From Macrostomum hystrix (lineage: Eukaryota > Animalia > Platyhelminthes): 64,000 nt of DNA. The notes under the pieces were generated by a model that saw only the letters and a program-made list of their open reading frames with translations, was not told the origin of the DNA and searched no databases. Of the stretch, positions 60,638 to 64,000 are shown piece after piece; the stretch's first letter is position 1, and every line of letters begins with the position of its first letter. The position numbers and the translations under genes were made by a program. The DNA lies in the NCBI GenBank assembly GCA_950097015.1, contig CATNEN010000035.1, forward strand, positions 434,001 to 498,000. The letters are read 5' to 3'.

Positions 60638-63419
60638 TCATTCGGTGTCCATCGGTTCGCTGGAGGCTGACGCCGCAGCTCCGGAGAAGGCATCAGACAG
60701 AGCCTCATAGTCTAGAACAATGGCTTTGAGTATGTCCGACAGTGATACAACACCGATCACTCGCTGATCGCCGTCGACAATCACTAGTCGGTGAACCTCG
60801 GCGGTGACTAGCTTCTCCAGGACGCTGCGCAGCGAGTCATCCGGCTGGCAGGCGGTGACGCCTTCGAAGCGCTCTCTGCGATACTGCAGGGCGTCCTTCA
60901 CCGACACGTCCAGATTGTTGTAGGTCTTTGTGGCGGCCAGGTTCTTGAATGCGGTTGAGATGGAACCATGCTGATGAAATCCTAATTATTCCGGATAAAC
61001 TAATAACCGATATCTAGCAAATAACAGAATAAAACTCCAATGCCCGACTCTCAACTCTTATCTCTGAGCCTTCACAACTGACCCCTGAGTCTCTCACAAC
61101 TGACCCCTGAGTCTCACACAACTGACCCCTGAGTCTCACACAACTGACCCCTGAGTCTCTCAAAACTGACCCCTGAATATCTCACAATTGACCCCTGAGT
61201 CTCACACAACTGACCCCTGAGTCTCTCAAAACTGACCCCTGAGTCTCTCACAACTGACCCCTGAGTCTCACACAACTGACCACTGAATCTCTAACAAATG
61301 ATCCCTGAATATCTCACAATTGACCCCTGAGTCTCACATAACTGACCCCTGAGTCTCTCAAAACTGACCCCTGAGTCTCTCACAACTGACCCCTGAGTCT
61401 CTCACAACTGACCCCTGAGTCTCACACAACTGACCCCTGAGTCTCACACAACTAACCCTCACCTCTAATTCCTGAATCTCACCAATGATCCCTGAATCTC
61501 ACCTCTAGTCCCTGAATCTTACCTCTAGTCCCTGAATCTCACCTATAATCCCTGAATCTCACCTTAAGTCACAGAATCTCACACCACTAATCCCAGAATC
61601 TCACACCAATCCCAGAATCACAATCCAGAAATCACATTCTGGATAATGGAAAACAATTCTGGAGAGCGCGCCCGCTCAAACTGGTCAATATGAAAAACGG
61701 CAAGTGAAACAGTTTAATAACAGTTTAAAGAAAGCGCAAATACAGCCCTCATATCTAAAGACTGCTAGCTAACTCTTATCTGAGGAGTAGCTATTTGTTG
61801 TCTCTCGGGCCATTGCTCAGCATTCGGGGGTCAGAAGGGCTAATTTTGCTATCTTACGAGCGTAACCGCAGATTTACATAAATTTCGAAACTAAAAAATA
61901 ATGGCGCTCACAATGACATCAAACTTTGAGTAGATATCCGTGAGCCGACCGTCCGGCCCAACCACGGGCAGGGCGCTAATCCGGTGCTGCACAAACAGAC
62001 TGAGCACCTTCACCAAAGGTGTGGCCTCGGTAATAGTTCGAATGCCTTCGTAGGTGCCAATGCCCAGCTGGCGCAGTGTGGCATCCAGCCAGGGCGGCAT
62101 GGGCAGCTGGTGCATGTACAGGTAGATGTACTTCAGTATGCGCTTGTGGGTCAGGATGAACAGAGCGTTGCCGGTGCGCGGTTCAACAACCGGCAGGCGG
62201 TGAACTCTGGCGTGCAGCAGCAGTCGAACGGCGTCCAATAGGGAGGCCTCCGGCGAGATCCACAGGAAGGGCCTGAGGCTAGTCTGCAGCTGGGCTCGCC
62301 AGGTGCTAATCCGGTGGGACTCCAGCTCTTCCATTGGCACCAGAGCTGAGCGATAGAAATTGTGCAGAATGTTAATGAAGTCCGTGATTGTCAGCATGCC
62401 GACGAAGCGCTGCTGGGCCGAGTCCCACACTGGCGCGGCGCGGAGGCCGTTGTACACCAGGGCGAAGAAGGCCTTCTTAACATTCAGGTTGTGGTCGAAC
62501 ACAAGCAGCTTGCTGCTGGTGGGAATTAGATCGTAGCAACGATGCTTCTGGGCGAAGATGGAGAACACGCGATCAGGATCGGACACTGTGGCCTGGCGCA
62601 CCTGAGAGTGAAGCGGCAAGATGGGATCTGGCTAAGTGAGATGGGATCTAGCTAAGTGAAATAAGATCTGATTGTGTCGGGTGGGATCTGATTGTGAGGG
62701 ATGGGATCTAATTGTGTGGGATGGGATCTGATTGTGTGGGATGGGATCTGATTGTGAGGGATGGGATCTGATTGTGAGGGATGGGGATCTGATTGTGAGG
62801 GATGGGATCTGATTGTGTGGGATGGGATCTGATTGTGAGGGATGGGATCTAATTGTGTGGGATGGGATCTGATTGTGTGGGATGGGATCTGATTGTGAGG
62901 GATGGGATCTGATTGTGAGGGATGGGGATCTGATTGTGAGGGATGGGATCTGATTGTGTGGGATGGGATCTGATTGTGTGGGATGGGATCTGATTGTGTG
63001 GGATGGGATCTGATTGTGTGAGATGGGGATCTGGCTGGGTAATCAGATTTCTAGTTGGGCAGGGCAAGAATAGCAGTTTGGGATCTCAAGATTAACTCAA
63101 ATGAACGCACATCGTCAACGTCCACTGTGGAGCTGTCGCCCTGGCACTTGGACCGGAAGATGATGTACTTTTCGTTCTCGGTCACCTGAACATCCTGATT
63201 GCTGCCGCTGCTGCCGCCTGCTGCACCAAGGCCTGTGCCGGCTGTCATGGAAGCTGCCCGGAGCCTCGATGCAGAAGTTGAAGCTGTCCAGGTTTGCAAA
63301 TGAGCCGGTTGCTGCTGCTGCTGCTGCTGTTTTTGCTGCTGCTGCCGCTGAATAATTTGAGAGGCTGCTACCGCCTCCGATGAGGGACCGGACATGCGGC
63401 GAGGACGCGATTCGGCCAT
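60638..63419 (-). CDS. PRKAG: AMP-activated protein kinase gamma subunit (four CBS domains)
   Basis: Exons 63419-63111 (first-exon limits less certain), 62601-61912, 60943-60638. Motifs CYDLIPTSSKLLVFD, GMLTITDFINIL, HRLPV, LTHKRIL, YSKFDVINLAATKTYNNLD, HRLVIV, SLSDIL. Confidence 0.93.
61060..61620. repeat. 22-bp (CTGACCCCTGAGTCTCTCACAA) then about 20-bp minisatellites in PRKAG intron 2
   Basis: Tandem copies grading into a degenerate CCTGAATCTCACC array. Confidence 0.9.
62625..63035. repeat. Minisatellite, 20-bp unit GGGATGGGATCTGATTGTGT in PRKAG intron 1
   Basis: Fills most of the intron. Confidence 0.94.
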
Positions 63420-64000
63420 GGCTGTTGCCGATTGAATGCAGCACTGGCCTGCAGTTACCAACCAAAATCAACTGTTGAAAAAACTACTCGAAGAAGAAAC
63501 GGACTTACACGTGCACTTTTTGCTTCAGTTCAGTATATGCCAACAATTTACCGGCTAACTTAAAGAGAGAAGACTACAGCCTTAAATTATTTCATTTAGT
63601 CTTTAGAAAAAAAAGAAACTAAAATAGACAGAAGACAAATAGCAAGCGAGGAAGGTCCAGCGTTGACTGCCTGTTTGTCAGGCTTTTTGAATTAAGAATG
63701 GATATAAACGGACCGGCTTGTGATAGGGGGCATAGGTCTGTTCAGCTGGGGCAGGTTAGGGGTTTTGGAGTGTGTGGCGAGTGTGAGGGTTGGTGGACAA
63801 ATAGGGGAGGGTGTAAAGAACGCGGAGTGGGGGTTGATAGAACGACATTTTGGGCAGTGGGGTCGAAATGTACACTGCCCTCAGTACAAGACTGACTCAC
63901 ATTAGACCAGCACCACAGCGGGATGAATGTACGTAGCAAATGTACACTTTTGCGTGGTAAGGATAGACTTTCGCAGTTAAATCAAATTTAATTAGACAAC

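Overview
Eukaryotic, intron-rich animal DNA, not prokaryotic. Three things suggest a Macrostomum-like free-living flatworm (inference): minisatellite-filled introns, GC-rich polyQ exons and a flatworm spliced-leader-like motif. I assembled seven host genes by hand from GT-AG sites with consistent intron phases: a GluN3-like NMDA receptor subunit (minus strand, 3' end runs off the window start), a small secreted protein with two 6-Cys repeats (plus), an SLC13/INDY-type transporter (minus, 9 exons), a TMC-family channel (minus, 14 exons), a UBA-domain protein (minus), an intronless class A GPCR (plus) and an AMPK gamma subunit (minus). Mobile DNA comprises an apparently intact intron-containing Crypton-type tyrosine-recombinase element with a 95-bp hairpin, a frameshifted Tc1/IS630-type transposon with 163-bp TIRs, a young full-length Gypsy LTR retrotransposon nested in a SINE inside an intron, two tRNA-derived SINE families (one CORE-like) and a 46-bp hAT-like mini-element. 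About 25 separate minisatellite arrays, mostly intronic, account for most of the long ORFs in the supplied track. The strongest leads are the Gypsy primer-binding site, which looks complementary to a tRNA 5' end rather than the CCA end, the orphan SL-like motif at 16064-16108, the Crypton end architecture, the duplicated Cys-rich secreted protein, and an intron built from tandem copies of its own 3' splice site. Comparisons to reference sequences are from memory; no searches were run.
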